A DNA stretch of 61,947 nucleotides, taken from positions 1 through 61,947 of the IMG/VR virus record IMGVR_UViG_3300033153_001808; one strand, given 5' to 3'. Source of the DNA: a virus. Its lineage: Duplodnaviria > Caudoviricetes. Below, in pieces: positions 1 through 9,004 of the stretch (positions are counted from its first letter, which is position 1; each line of letters opens with the position of its first letter). The position numbers were made by a program, and so were the translations under genes. A model generated the notes under the pieces. That model saw only the letters and a list, made by a program, of their open reading frames with translations. It was not told the origin of the DNA and did not search any database.

Positions 1-2
1 TG

Positions 3-176
3 ATAAAGAACTATCAAAGGCAGACAAAACTTATGTATGAGTGTGATGGCCCGCTCTCGGACTGGGTCAGATCAGACGGGACTTTGAGAGATAAACTATC
101 CCGCGAAATTGCAGACGCAATGCAGACCACCGAAGCAGGTGGTTTGGTGGTTATTACGCAGGAGTGGGAAGTTTAG
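3..176 (+). CDS. hypothetical protein, 5'-truncated by window edge
   Basis: Open frame from window start (IKNYQRQTKLMYECDG...QEWEV) to TAG at 174-176; read manually. Confidence 0.55.
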   Translation: MKNYQRQTKLMYECDGPLSDWVRSDGTLRDKLSREIADAMQTTEAGGLVVITQEWEV

Positions 177-178
177 GT

Positions 179-394
179 ATGTTAAATATAGCTCAACTAC
201 ATACTGGAGACAAAGTTCATTATCAACCAGAGCATTATAATGATAAAAAGTGGGAGAACGGAATTGTAAAAGAGTTGCGCCACCCTAATGGTGTGTGGGT
301 CGTTTACAACTGTGGTTATGAATGGCACAGGTATAAGGATTACACAGGTGCCAAAACACACTTAAGAGACTTAAAAATAGGTTGGAGATATTAA
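179..394 (+). CDS. hypothetical early protein (small beta-barrel-like)
   Basis: ORF track 164..394; likely start ATG 179 right after upstream stop; 'GDKVHY...GIVKE' pattern. Confidence 0.7.
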   Translation: MLNIAQLHTGDKVHYQPEHYNDKKWENGIVKELRHPNGVWVVYNCGYEWHRYKDYTGAKTHLRDLKIGWRY

Positions 395-400
395 ATCATG

Positions 401-423
401 AACCGTTCATTTAATGAATCGTT
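401..423. promoter_or_regulatory. palindromic repeat motif, copy 1 (core TTCATTTAATGAA)
   Basis: aaccgttcatttaatgaatcgtt, intergenic, directly before GGAGG RBS; same core at 9769, 31378, 53238. Confidence 0.7.
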
Positions 424-438
424 GGAGGACAGCATAGA

Positions 439-771
439 ATGGACACAGAAGATCGGTTAGAAGTTAGGAATGAGTTTGACAAAAAGGTAGAGTGGCAGAG
501 ACTCACCGAGCTTGAACATGAAAGGCAAAAGGTCAATGAGAGGATAGCGTGTTTAAGGCAGGAGATTGTGTCTCTGTCCAGAAAGGCAAATAAGTTAGGT
601 GAGGAGTATCATACAGAGCTTTGTAAGGTTAAGCCGAGTGTGGTTGGACCTGCTCCCGGTGAGAGAGAAAAGGCACGAAAGGCAAAGACAAAAGCGGATA
701 TTTTAGTAGGTAAGTTAAAAGGCATAAATCCGGACAAGATGGCTAAGTTGGCTGATTTGTTGGATTTATAA
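439..771 (+). CDS. hypothetical coiled-coil protein
   Basis: ORF with GGAGG RBS; heptad-like charged helix. Confidence 0.75.
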   Translation: MDTEDRLEVRNEFDKKVEWQRLTELEHERQKVNERIACLRQEIVSLSRKANKLGEEYHTELCKVKPSVVGPAPGEREKARKAKTKADILVGKLKGINPDKMAKLADLLDL

Positions 772-783
772 AAAGGAGACATT

Positions 784-1134
784 ATGAAAGCGGAACTGAA
801 CATAGAACCATTGTTTAGAGTACGAGACTCTATTCTGGATGAGTTTTCTTTAGGTTTAGACCAAGAAGGAGAGTTCATTATACAACTCAATTCATATTAT
901 CAGTCCGAAATTGTGACCATGTTGAGTTATACACACGGAAACAATAATGTACAGATAAACTTCTCACCATTCCGCAATACAGGGTCACAATATGTGGCTA
1001 CGTTTTCTGTTTTAGATAAAGACCTACCAGAGAAAGAATCCTACAACTGGCACGCACAGAATACCTCACAGTGGCTATATGCCGGTGCGCTGGTGTATGA
1101 TCCAAAGACTAATGAGATTAGTTCGCATCATTAA
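784..1134 (+). CDS. hypothetical protein
   Basis: ORF with AAGGAG RBS, tight gene packing. Confidence 0.75.
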   Translation: MKAELNIEPLFRVRDSILDEFSLGLDQEGEFIIQLNSYYQSEIVTMLSYTHGNNNVQINFSPFRNTGSQYVATFSVLDKDLPEKESYNWHAQNTSQWLYAGALVYDPKTNEISSHH

Positions 1135-1146
1135 AAGGAGACCGTT

Positions 1147-1482
1147 ATGGCTATGGATAGTGTAAGGAACCGCCTGACAGATTCTATTATGACTAAGACG
1201 TACATAAAAAATGAACCAAACATAACAGGTCGTGAGTTCACACGTAGGTTGGTTGATTATATTTTAGATGAGTTTGCTTTAGATTCACAGGAAGCAGATA
1301 AACAAGGAATGACATTGAAGATAGTAGAACAACCTTACACAGACTTAATAGCTTCCGGTTATGAGTGGGAATGTTTAGGCTGTGATAATGTTAATGTAGA
1401 GGATATAGTAAAGAGTTTTGTTGTGTGTACTAAGTGTAATAGAGAGTTCGTGGTTAGGGAACACCATCATTGTAAAGAATAA
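1147..1482 (+). CDS. hypothetical protein with C-terminal zinc ribbon
   Basis: AAGGAG RBS; CLGC...CTKC. Confidence 0.7.
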   Translation: MAMDSVRNRLTDSIMTKTYIKNEPNITGREFTRRLVDYILDEFALDSQEADKQGMTLKIVEQPYTDLIASGYEWECLGCDNVNVEDIVKSFVVCTKCNREFVVREHHHCKE

Positions 1483-1494
1483 GGAGGTTCTAAT

Positions 1495-1599
1495 ATGCTA
1501 ACATCATTCTTTATGGGTTATTCATGTGGGATATTAACTTCAATAGCACTTATGGTGGTTGTAGTGTATTTTCGTATATTTCCGTGGGTGCCGAGATGA
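1495..1599 (+). CDS. small membrane peptide (34 aa)
   Basis: AAGGAGG RBS; MLTSFFMGYSCGILTSIALMVVVVYFRIFPWVPR; read manually. Confidence 0.55.
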   Translation: MLTSFFMGYSCGILTSIALMVVVVYFRIFPWVPR

Positions 1600-1677
1600 A
1601 TAGTATACTGGAGGATAGTGTGTTGTTAGGTGTGCTTGTCTTGATAGGGGTAGTTATATATGTATGGGAGGTTTTTG

Positions 1678-1875
1678 ATGAGAGTACTGTATAAGATATT
1701 GTTGGGTACGATCATACTCATACAATCCCCGGATTTTGATACAAAGACACTCATGATCGAGGAAGTGGTAGAAGATGTATACTTTATAATAGGCGAAGAC
1801 AGGAGTGAGACACTTTACATCATGGACACAGATCAAGAAAAGGAGGGCATAAAATGCGACCAAGATATGAAGTAG
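1678..1875 (+). CDS. hypothetical protein
   Basis: Part of ORF 1660..1875; GGAGG before ATG 1678. Confidence 0.5.
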   Translation: MRVLYKILLGTIILIQSPDFDTKTLMIEEVVEDVYFIIGEDRSETLYIMDTDQEKEGIKCDQDMK

Positions 1876-2000
1876 TCTGCTTTATGCGAGTAGATGCAGA
1901 AGAAGCAGAAAGGTATGATACATTAGAGGAAGCACAAGACGTAGTAGAAAGTCTAAAGGCAATGAACCCAGAAGACATATACCAAATAGAGGTGATATAA
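1854..2000 (+). CDS. hypothetical protein (48 aa)
   Basis: AAGGAGG RBS; MRPRYEVVCFMRVD...YQIEVI; fills gap; read manually. Confidence 0.6.
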   Translation: MRPRYEVVCFMRVDAEEAERYDTLEEAQDVVESLKAMNPEDIYQIEVI

Positions 2001-2281
2001 TGAAACAATGCAACGAATGTGCGAACCATAACTGCAATATAATCCGTAGTGGTTGGGCCTCAAAAGGCCCGAATTTTCGCTTCACTCACAGACTCTCCAG
2101 AGCAGAACTAATGACATCCTGCAAGAGCCACACAGAACTTCCTATATTCAAGCGGACAATTCTCGAACATTTATTCACTAACCCAACCCAAATAGCTAAA
2201 GCATTTGAACTCATATCAAGTGCAGGGTTGAAGTTTGTAGAAACTAATAGAAAGCCCGGGTTTCGGTTAGAACTCACATAA
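2000..2281 (+). CDS. hypothetical Cys-rich protein
   Basis: TAATG coupling, GAGGTG RBS, CxxC. Confidence 0.65.
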   Translation: MKQCNECANHNCNIIRSGWASKGPNFRFTHRLSRAELMTSCKSHTELPIFKRTILEHLFTNPTQIAKAFELISSAGLKFVETNRKPGFRLELT

Positions 2282-2308
2282 AACCGAGGCGTTGGGACAT
2301 GACTGATA

Positions 2309-2424
2309 AATGCTCCACGTAGACTGGGTCGCCTTACCCAATAGTGGAGCGTTGACTTCCCGCCTCCTCTCCTTACCGCAGAGTGCGAGCAAGTACGAGG
2401 ATGCGGTCTTGGAGGTGGGAAGTT
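2309..2424 (+). ncRNA. putative structured RNA / leader (two nested stem-loops)
   Basis: aatgctccac/gtggagcgtt (2309-2353) and gacttcccgcctcc/ggaggtgggaagtt (2354-2424), with inner helices and G-U pairs on the + strand. Confidence 0.55.
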
Positions 2425-2452
2425 TTCTTACATATAGAAAGGAGACTGAAGT

Positions 2453-2605
2453 ATGAAAATACAACAAGCTAAACTTTGTTTGGATTGTGATGAGTTGTAT
2501 ACAGGAGAAGGGTGTCCTGTGTGTGCGTCACGAGTGTATGTGTATATCAATAAATGGATAACAAATAGGATAAATAGATATGAAGACAGAACTAAAGCCC
2601 TATAA
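2453..2605 (+). CDS. small zinc-finger protein (50 aa)
   Basis: AAGGAG RBS; CLDC...CPVC; read manually. Confidence 0.6.
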   Translation: MKIQQAKLCLDCDELYTGEGCPVCASRVYVYINKWITNRINRYEDRTKAL

Positions 2606-2999
2606 TCATGAGTTATACTCCCCGCACTCCTGGCCGCCTAAGGTGGGACAGATCATAATACTCCTTGACGACCCTCGTGGGTATGTAGGAGTTCTTTTAA
2701 GCATCACAGGAGACAGGAGTGAGGTCAAACTCCTTGATGCTCAGGATGAGGTCTTGGATGTGGAACTGTCGGCTTTGCTCCCGACTGGTAAAACTCCACG
2801 AGACCTCATCCTTCAATATGAACCAACGGCTCTTAGTCTATCACAGAATCTTGCAATCGAGCGGAGTATACCGGATTTTACTCGATTGAGGAAATCTACC
2901 AAAAAAGGAGGTCCAAAGAAGAAGAAAGTGTTGACAGAAGCTAATAAGATGTTTTTGGCTAAACTTATTAAGGAGGCACTTGCAAAGAAGGGAGGTTGA
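2580..2999 (+). CDS. hypothetical protein (SH3/KOW-like N-terminus, basic C-terminus)
   Basis: ORF track; 'VGQIIIL...GYVGVLL...SEVKL'. Confidence 0.65.
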   Translation: MKTELKPYNHELYSPHSWPPKVGQIIILLDDPRGYVGVLLSITGDRSEVKLLDAQDEVLDVELSALLPTGKTPRDLILQYEPTALSLSQNLAIERSIPDFTRLRKSTKKGGPKKKKVLTEANKMFLAKLIKEALAKKGG

Positions 3000-3184
3000 T
3001 GATGGCGGTAACTATACTCGGATACCATATAAACATCATAAGAAGAAAAAGAGTTTATCAACCTATAAAATGTAAGCAGTTATGGAGAGACCAGAAGCCA
3101 AGCAAGCCAATGACTATTAGACTAACAAGGCAAAAAATGCGGAGAATAGCACAGCAGATGGGCTATACCTTACAAGAGGTGTGA
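2996..3184 (+). CDS. hypothetical basic protein
   Basis: GGAGG RBS, overlaps upstream stop. Confidence 0.55.
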   Translation: MMMAVTILGYHINIIRRKRVYQPIKCKQLWRDQKPSKPMTIRLTRQKMRRIAQQMGYTLQEV

Positions 3185-3300
3185 GGGAAGTGTGTTATGA
3201 CAAGAAAACAGGCTAAAAAGATCACGGATATGACATTACAAGAAAGACAAAAGATCATAGAAGATTACCTAATGAGGAGACTAAGGAAGGAGGATAAAAA

Positions 3301-3510
3301 ATGAAAGCAGAAATAGGAGCTGACTTACATGCACTACAACATGGTGATGGTATCTGGGTATACACCTGTGATCGTGAACTAAAGGCCACAGACTTAGCAT
3401 CACAATTCTCAGGTACCGGTGATAAAATATACTTACTTAGAGAAGAAATGACAGAACTATTGGGTTTCATGCTACGTATCGAGCTAAACAGAACAGGAGA
3501 CAAAGAATGA
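3301..3510 (+). CDS. hypothetical protein
   Basis: AAGGAGG RBS. Confidence 0.65.
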   Translation: MKAEIGADLHALQHGDGIWVYTCDRELKATDLASQFSGTGDKIYLLREEMTELLGFMLRIELNRTGDKE

Positions 3511-4397
3511 AAGCAACTAAGTCTGTACTACAGGACTTGAGAGCAGACGGGATCAAGGTATATGATAATAGTATGATCCAGTCTGCTATTTCTTGTCCAC
3601 GCTCGTACTACTACCGCCACATAAAAGGTCTTGTGCCAATAACCACAGACCAGATACCATATGGTCTATGGTTCGGGCAGATAGGCCACGGTGCACAAGA
3701 AATATGGTGGAAAGAGAAAGACGACACAGAGGCAATTCGGTACTTTGTGGATAAGTTCGAACAATATGCAGAGCCACCTAAGTTCTCGCATAAGACAGGC
3801 AAGGAGTTGGGAGCGACTTATACAGTACTGTATGGTTGTAGTCTACTAAGTGCTTATTTCAACAAATACCGCTTAGACACCAGAGAGGTTATTGAGTTAG
3901 AACTCCCGCTTGCCGAGCAGATCTCGGTGGACATATTCATGTGTGGCCGGATAGACAAGATCGTGAAGGGGCCATCTGGGCTTGTGTTTTGTGATTACAA
4001 ATTCACGAAATACATGAACGAGTATCAGGTGAATCCAAGTCCACAATTCATGAACTATAAATATCTTGTGGAAAAGCTCACAGGTGAGCACGTGTCAGGA
4101 GAGTTAGATATACTCGGTGTATCAAAGACTAAAGACGTAGACGAACTTCTCCGCAGAGAGCCATTTGACTACACACAATACCAGATGGACTGTTGGCAAG
4201 ACTCGGTTATAAACTGGGTGGAGCAGATAGAGTCTTACAAGAAAGATGGTTTCTATCCACAGACCTGGAGATGTAAGCCGTTCTTTAGGGATTGTGAGTA
4301 TTTGCCTTTGTGTACCTTGCCTACACCGGATAGTCATGATAAATTATTGGGGAGTATGTACAAAGAGGAGAGATGGGACCCGTTTATGTTGGTATAA
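3507..4397 (+). CDS. PD-(D/E)XK nuclease (RecB/Cas4-like exonuclease)
   Basis: SCPRSYYY, G..GH, ELEL, GRIDKIV, DYKFT, Q..NY and C-terminal C..C..C cysteines. Confidence 0.85.
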   Translation: MKATKSVLQDLRADGIKVYDNSMIQSAISCPRSYYYRHIKGLVPITTDQIPYGLWFGQIGHGAQEIWWKEKDDTEAIRYFVDKFEQYAEPPKFSHKTGKELGATYTVLYGCSLLSAYFNKYRLDTREVIELELPLAEQISVDIFMCGRIDKIVKGPSGLVFCDYKFTKYMNEYQVNPSPQFMNYKYLVEKLTGEHVSGELDILGVSKTKDVDELLRREPFDYTQYQMDCWQDSVINWVEQIESYKKDGFYPQTWRCKPFFRDCEYLPLCTLPTPDSHDKLLGSMYKEERWDPFMLV

Positions 4398-4411
4398 AAA
4401 GGAGTTTTATT

Positions 4412-4573
4412 ATGGAAGAAAGTACTTATATGGTTGCGTGTATTATTCTTGAGGCTAAAGCATTATGTGAAAAATTTATATTAAAGGTAGAAACAGGTAG
4501 AGCAAGAAGTGTGGAAACTTATAGGGAGTGTAAACACTTACTGGACAGTATAAACAAGAGCATGAAGCAGTAA
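4412..4573 (+). CDS. hypothetical protein
   Basis: Part of ORF 4373..4573; AAGGAG before MEEST. Confidence 0.6.
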   Translation: MEESTYMVACIILEAKALCEKFILKVETGRARSVETYRECKHLLDSINKSMKQ

Positions 4574-4593
4574 CCAAAAAGGAGGACAAAAGG

Positions 4594-4839
4594 ATGAGAC
4601 TAATGAGCTATAGAATCGAGACAGAAGAAGGTTGGTTGGAAATCAGTGAAATAAAAGGTAAGACATTGGTGGAATTAGCCATAAAGAATACCGAGGGAGA
4701 TAACTCTTTCTGTACATTAAACAGAGAAGGTTTCAATGAACTAACACGTTTGAGTTATGACATATTCTTGGAAGACCCGCCGGAAGACCCTCCAGAAGAC
4801 CCTGCACACTTCGAGAAACTATTCACAGAGGAGGACTAA
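4594..4839 (+). CDS. hypothetical acidic protein with EDPP repeat
   Basis: AAGGAGG RBS; 12-bp direct repeats near 4771-4803. Confidence 0.65.
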   Translation: MRLMSYRIETEEGWLEISEIKGKTLVELAIKNTEGDNSFCTLNREGFNELTRLSYDIFLEDPPEDPPEDPAHFEKLFTEED

Positions 4840-4994
4840 TGAAACCACCTACAGGCTTCAAAGCTGATAATGGTCAACAGTTCTCCATAAAGATCAGGAA
4901 GACAAACATTCGCTCTTACTGGATTGAACTAATAGGCACACATAGAGTGATTAAGGTCAAAAAAAGGAGTAAGAAACTAATGTGGGAGAATTAA
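4839..4994 (+). CDS. hypothetical basic protein (51 aa)
   Basis: GAGGAGG RBS, TAATG coupling; read manually. Confidence 0.55.
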   Translation: MKPPTGFKADNGQQFSIKIRKTNIRSYWIELIGTHRVIKVKKRSKKLMWEN

Positions 4995-4995
4995 G

Positions 4996-5475
4996 ATGAC
5001 ACTTCAAAGGATTAGTAGAGTAGGTACCACAAGAAGTAGGACCAGACGCTCACACGGCAGAATGGTAGCAAGTCTACGCTACATGCCTAATGGGGTTATG
5101 TTGGAGCTTGAGGCACCTTATAATAAGGACTTTACGGACACACTCAAGAAATCTGTGCCGAGTAAGAAACGTGCTTGGAACGCAGACGATAAGTCGTGGT
5201 TTATTGTAAAGGATCAGTTTGATAAACTGTCTCATCTACTGGATCAGTACTTTGATGAGACTATCTTACTAGACTTCCCGGCTCAAGAAGTCTCGGCGAG
5301 TTCGTTTGCAAAGTTGTATCTATTAGAGGGTGCTCCGTTGGAAGTCGTGAGAGCGGTCTACAAAGCACTTGCAGTGAAGTACCATCCAGACAAAGGTGGG
5401 GATCAAGGGATTATGACTACAATTAATGTAGCCTATAATGAGATTTTGGGTGAGTTGAAAAACGGAGAGGAGTAA
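4996..5475 (+). CDS. J-domain (DnaJ-like) protein with HARP-like N-terminal domain
   Basis: VRAVYKALAVKYHPDKGGD...INVAYNEI (HPD motif); N-terminal 'PYNKDF...RAWN...SWFI'. Confidence 0.8.
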   Translation: MTLQRISRVGTTRSRTRRSHGRMVASLRYMPNGVMLELEAPYNKDFTDTLKKSVPSKKRAWNADDKSWFIVKDQFDKLSHLLDQYFDETILLDFPAQEVSASSFAKLYLLEGAPLEVVRAVYKALAVKYHPDKGGDQGIMTTINVAYNEILGELKNGEE

Positions 5476-5477
5476 AA

Positions 5478-5687
5478 ATGCGTATAACAAAGGCAGTACT
5501 AGAACAAAGAAACTCAAAGCTCTTAGCAGACAACCAGGCTTTATTTAACCGGAATAAAATACTAAGAGAACAACTGGAGTTCTATCGTAAACATTCAGCA
5601 CCAGGAATACATGCAAGTATGACAATAGCACTTGAACGTGTGACAGATGCTGTTGCTCATGTTGTGGGTGACTTAAAAAGGAGGTGA
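5478..5687 (+). CDS. hypothetical coiled-coil protein
   Basis: GAGGAG RBS. Confidence 0.65.
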   Translation: MRITKAVLEQRNSKLLADNQALFNRNKILREQLEFYRKHSAPGIHASMTIALERVTDAVAHVVGDLKRR

Positions 5688-5691
5688 AAGT

Positions 5692-6303
5692 ATGACAGAA
5701 CTACAGAACACGAACACAGGAGTACAATCAGTCGCTAGACAGAAACTCAACAAGAAAGAATCAATAACTTTGAAGAGCTTGAATCCAATCGTTCAGCAGA
5801 ACAAAGACACAATCTTACTGGCGGATATTTCCGGTAGTATGAATGGAGAGAAGATGCGGGGACTTAAAGATGCACTCTCTACAGTATGGAAGCCGGGAAT
5901 ACAAGGGATTGCCTTTAATCATGAACTGTTTGAGCTTGTGGAACAGGATATACAATTCTTGGGTGCATCAGGTACTACGGCTATGTTAGAAGCATTACAG
6001 GAAGCATGGTCAAGAAATCCCTCACATATGATCTTGCTCACAGACGGTCAGCCAAGCAATGGAACCAAAGAAATCCTACAAGAGGTTAGTCATCATACAG
6101 ACATTCCTATAGACACAGTAGGTATAGGCGAGTATGGTGGGTTTGGCTACGATGCAGACTTCTTGCGAGAGGTTGCACGAATGACTGGTGGGAGGTTTAC
6201 AGACGTAGGAGAGCCTATGAAGTTGACAGAGACTTTGCAGTTTTTGTTGGCTTATAAACCAGATGGACTGGAGGCTCCGAAAGAAGGGGTTATACAACTT
6301 TGA
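5692..6303 (+). CDS. von Willebrand factor A (vWA) domain protein
   Basis: MIDAS DISGSM, GTT, LLTDG, IDTVGIG, LREVARMTGG. Confidence 0.85.
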   Translation: MTELQNTNTGVQSVARQKLNKKESITLKSLNPIVQQNKDTILLADISGSMNGEKMRGLKDALSTVWKPGIQGIAFNHELFELVEQDIQFLGASGTTAMLEALQEAWSRNPSHMILLTDGQPSNGTKEILQEVSHHTDIPIDTVGIGEYGGFGYDADFLREVARMTGGRFTDVGEPMKLTETLQFLLAYKPDGLEAPKEGVIQL

Positions 6304-6317
6304 AAGGAGGTAGGAAG

Positions 6318-6824
6318 ATGAAAACAAAACACAAGAACATGTTAGGAACACTATTGGCTTGTATGTTGTTTCTACCCACATCAGGTCAGGCCAAAGCAAC
6401 ACCACATATAGGAACAAGTACTATACAGACAAACGAGACCGTTACTCTTGAATTAACTAAGCCAGAGTTTTACTTTGGGGATTCTTTTATATACTACTCA
6501 AAAAACTCAAGTATTGCTGCATGTAGACAATTAACAGCGCCAGAAAGTGAGTATGTTGAGCTACAAGTAACAGGAATAGCACCAGGCACAGTTTATATTG
6601 TCGCAGCTTCAACAGAAAACGGAGAGTCTGAAACATATCATAGGGTTATAGTAGGCAATAAAGCTCCAGAATATAGAATGGTCCCATGTTATATGTACTA
6701 CAATGCCAGATTTGTGAACCATTACTACACCACAGATAAGAGCTTAGAAGACGATCTTGCAATATGGGGTTATAAATACATAGGTATTGCATACTATGTA
6801 TACCAAAGGGTTGAAAATGAATAG
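6318..6824 (+). CDS. secreted protein (signal peptide, Ig-like segment, C-terminal DUF5648-like motif)
   Basis: GGAGG RBS; hydrophobic signal ending AKA; 'HYYTTD...GYKYIGIAYYVY'. Confidence 0.65.
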   Translation: MKTKHKNMLGTLLACMLFLPTSGQAKATPHIGTSTIQTNETVTLELTKPEFYFGDSFIYYSKNSSIAACRQLTAPESEYVELQVTGIAPGTVYIVAASTENGESETYHRVIVGNKAPEYRMVPCYMYYNARFVNHYYTTDKSLEDDLAIWGYKYIGIAYYVYQRVENE

Positions 6825-7038
6825 ACAATTTTTGATAGACAAGATTAATAAGTTAATCCACAAAGAGTGGATCTCGGAAGGTGATCTGATGAGTATATAT
6901 GCTATACTTGTCGCCCTTCCGATCAGTGAGGGCACAGTATCTTATATGTTAGCAGACTTAGCACAGCAAATAGACGAGACTTTTAGACAACTATACATAC
7001 AAAAGGAGGACACAAAAAATGCAAATCAAACTTCCTAA
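6817..7038 (+). CDS. hypothetical protein
   Basis: Part of ORF 6787..7038 from MNRQF. Confidence 0.55.
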   Translation: MNRQFLIDKINKLIHKEWISEGDLMSIYAILVALPISEGTVSYMLADLAQQIDETFRQLYIQKEDTKNANQTS

Positions 7039-7777
7039 TCCAGAGCCATTACATCTCTTTAAACCAGAATCATACAATGTCCTATGCTACGGACCATCTG
7101 GTTCAGGCAAGACAGAATTTGCGGCCACATGGCCAACCCCAATCTTGTACATTGATACCGATCGTGGGATGACAACTGTAAAAGCCTCACCACGGATCAA
7201 AAACAAAGACAATATATACCGTGTGGCAATCTTGGATTATCCTGATGGCGTGCAAACCAACCAACCTTTAGGGTTTCTTACAATTAAACAAGTCTTGAAA
7301 GACATCCAAAGCACAGGCATGTATGGTGAGATTAAACCAGCTACAGTAGTTCTTGATACCCTGACAACTACGGCCAACTTCACGATGGCACATGTCCTAC
7401 ACGTGAACCGTCATGCAGGTCAACAACCTACCTTGCCGGATTGGGGTAAGCAGTTACGGGAACTCAAAGAGATTATAACTATTGGAGTAGGGTTTAAGTG
7501 TAATTTTATAGTTCTTGCACATGAACAGTATTTGAAAGATGAGTTGTCAGGAAGGACTTGGTGTGTTCCATTGATTACCGGGAAGTTAGCACAGGAAATT
7601 GGACTATACTTCGATGAAGTCTACCATGCAGAAGTAAAAACAGTAGGTGGGAACAGTAAATATATACTAGCCACTAAAGCAAGTGGTCTTATTACTGCAA
7701 AGTCCCGGCTTGATTTGCCGAATCCGATTGACACCCATTTTAATAGTATAAAAGGTGTGATTGAGAAGTTTCAATAG
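7019..7777 (+). CDS. Sak4-like / AAA_24 ssDNA-annealing ATPase
   Basis: Walker A YGPSGSGKT, IDTDRG, VVLDTLT, LAHE, FDEV, AKSR. Confidence 0.85.
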   Translation: MQIKLPNPEPLHLFKPESYNVLCYGPSGSGKTEFAATWPTPILYIDTDRGMTTVKASPRIKNKDNIYRVAILDYPDGVQTNQPLGFLTIKQVLKDIQSTGMYGEIKPATVVLDTLTTTANFTMAHVLHVNRHAGQQPTLPDWGKQLRELKEIITIGVGFKCNFIVLAHEQYLKDELSGRTWCVPLITGKLAQEIGLYFDEVYHAEVKTVGGNSKYILATKASGLITAKSRLDLPNPIDTHFNSIKGVIEKFQ

Positions 7778-7826
7778 AACTGAGCATAAGGGGGTGTAGT
7801 AGAGAACTACAAAAAGCCGGGAGGGA

Positions 7827-8090
7827 ATGATGTCAGAATGGTATGAAAGCATGACTAAGAAGGAACTATACGATAAATGGATAACCTGGGAGAAACACGC
7901 AAAAGTCCACAGTGCAGCAGAGGATTATTATAAAATAGAGTTGGCTAAAGCTCATGAATTACTAGGTAGGGTTATTCATCAGACCAGTGAGCGATGGGAT
8001 AGTGTCAATTTAACACGATTTTATCCTACCGATAATTTGCATCACCGGCGTCAGGTTAATAATCCAACAGGATTGAAAGGAGGTGACTAA
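7827..8090 (+). CDS. hypothetical protein
   Basis: GGAGG RBS. Confidence 0.6.
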   Translation: MMSEWYESMTKKELYDKWITWEKHAKVHSAAEDYYKIELAKAHELLGRVIHQTSERWDSVNLTRFYPTDNLHHRRQVNNPTGLKGGD

Positions 8091-8137
8091 ATGCAAGACA
8101 CAGAAACCATAAACACTCAAACAGGAGGACATTAACC

Positions 8138-8572
8138 ATGCCCACAATCGAACTTGGAGTAGATTTTAGTGATGTACAAAATGAGGACACATTTGAACCG
8201 CTTCCGAACGGAACTTATGACTTTATAACCACCAGTGCGGAACCTAAAAACTCCGCCGCTGGAAGACCTATGATTAAATGGGTCTTTACAGTCAATCATG
8301 AAGGAAAAGACTATAAACTCTTTTACAACACTGTCCTACCGTGGGAGGTAGATGGTGAGTGGGTTGTCAGTGGAGTAGGGATGCTCGTGAGTGTATGTAA
8401 AGCTCTTGGGGTTCCGTGGTCAGGCAAGAGTCTGAACTTGGAGGACTATCTTGGACTTGGAGGAGTTTGTCAGGTCGTACAGAAACCCAAACAGGTCAAG
8501 CAGTTAGACGGGAGCTATGCTGACAACACAACTGGCGAGGTCGTTAATGATATTAGTAAGTTTATTTACTAG
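8138..8572 (+). CDS. DUF669-like ssDNA-binding protein
   Basis: FEPLPNGTY...SAAGRPMIKWVF...N; follows Sak4-like gene. Confidence 0.75.
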   Translation: MPTIELGVDFSDVQNEDTFEPLPNGTYDFITTSAEPKNSAAGRPMIKWVFTVNHEGKDYKLFYNTVLPWEVDGEWVVSGVGMLVSVCKALGVPWSGKSLNLEDYLGLGGVCQVVQKPKQVKQLDGSYADNTTGEVVNDISKFIY

Positions 8573-8624
8573 ATCACTGGAAACCAGATAACACAACACA
8601 CCAATCATACAGGAGATAGAAGTT

Positions 8625-8900
8625 ATGGATACAGTAAGCGTAGAAGTTAAATCTAAGGGCCAGGTTTTAGGGTCATTCGACTATGAAGCACCGGTGGATT
8701 TGTCCGAGGCCATTGATGTTGATGGTGAGGAAAAGATCTTTAAACTCTATGCACAACAGCGGAAGATCGCATTTCTTAATGCAAAGCGCAGGGAGTTGAC
8801 CGGTGGTGGTCTGCCCAAGGCGTTGGTACAGGCACTCAAGGACGCAGATCCTGATGTGTTGAAGAAGATCGCCGCAGAAATGGGGTTGGATCTGGAGTAG
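8625..8900 (+). CDS. hypothetical protein
   Basis: AGGAG RBS. Confidence 0.75.
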   Translation: MDTVSVEVKSKGQVLGSFDYEAPVDLSEAIDVDGEEKIFKLYAQQRKIAFLNAKRRELTGGGLPKALVQALKDADPDVLKKIAAEMGLDLE

Positions 8901-8907
8901 GTAGATA

Positions 8908-8997
8908 TGTGATAAAGTCCATGCCTTTGGGATTGCGGGGAGTTTGAAAAAAACCTCTGAGGAAGGTATCACGCAACCGCAACTTTGACTTTATCAC
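8908..8997 (+). ncRNA. structured RNA array, unit 1
   Basis: gtgataaagtc (8909-8919)/gactttatcac (8987-8997), 11-bp stem; inner ttgcgg/ccgcaa. Confidence 0.55.
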
Positions 8998-9004
8998 TTT
9001 AACT

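Noticed and set aside
3507-4397. Cas4-like nuclease as evidence of a CRISPR system
   Set aside because: No other cas genes and no direct repeat-spacer array were seen. The context (Sak4-like, SSB) indicates recombination.
8957-8985. CTGAGGA matching the hammerhead CUGANGA core
   Set aside because: The required GAAA after stem II is absent (GCAA) and stems I and III could not be built.
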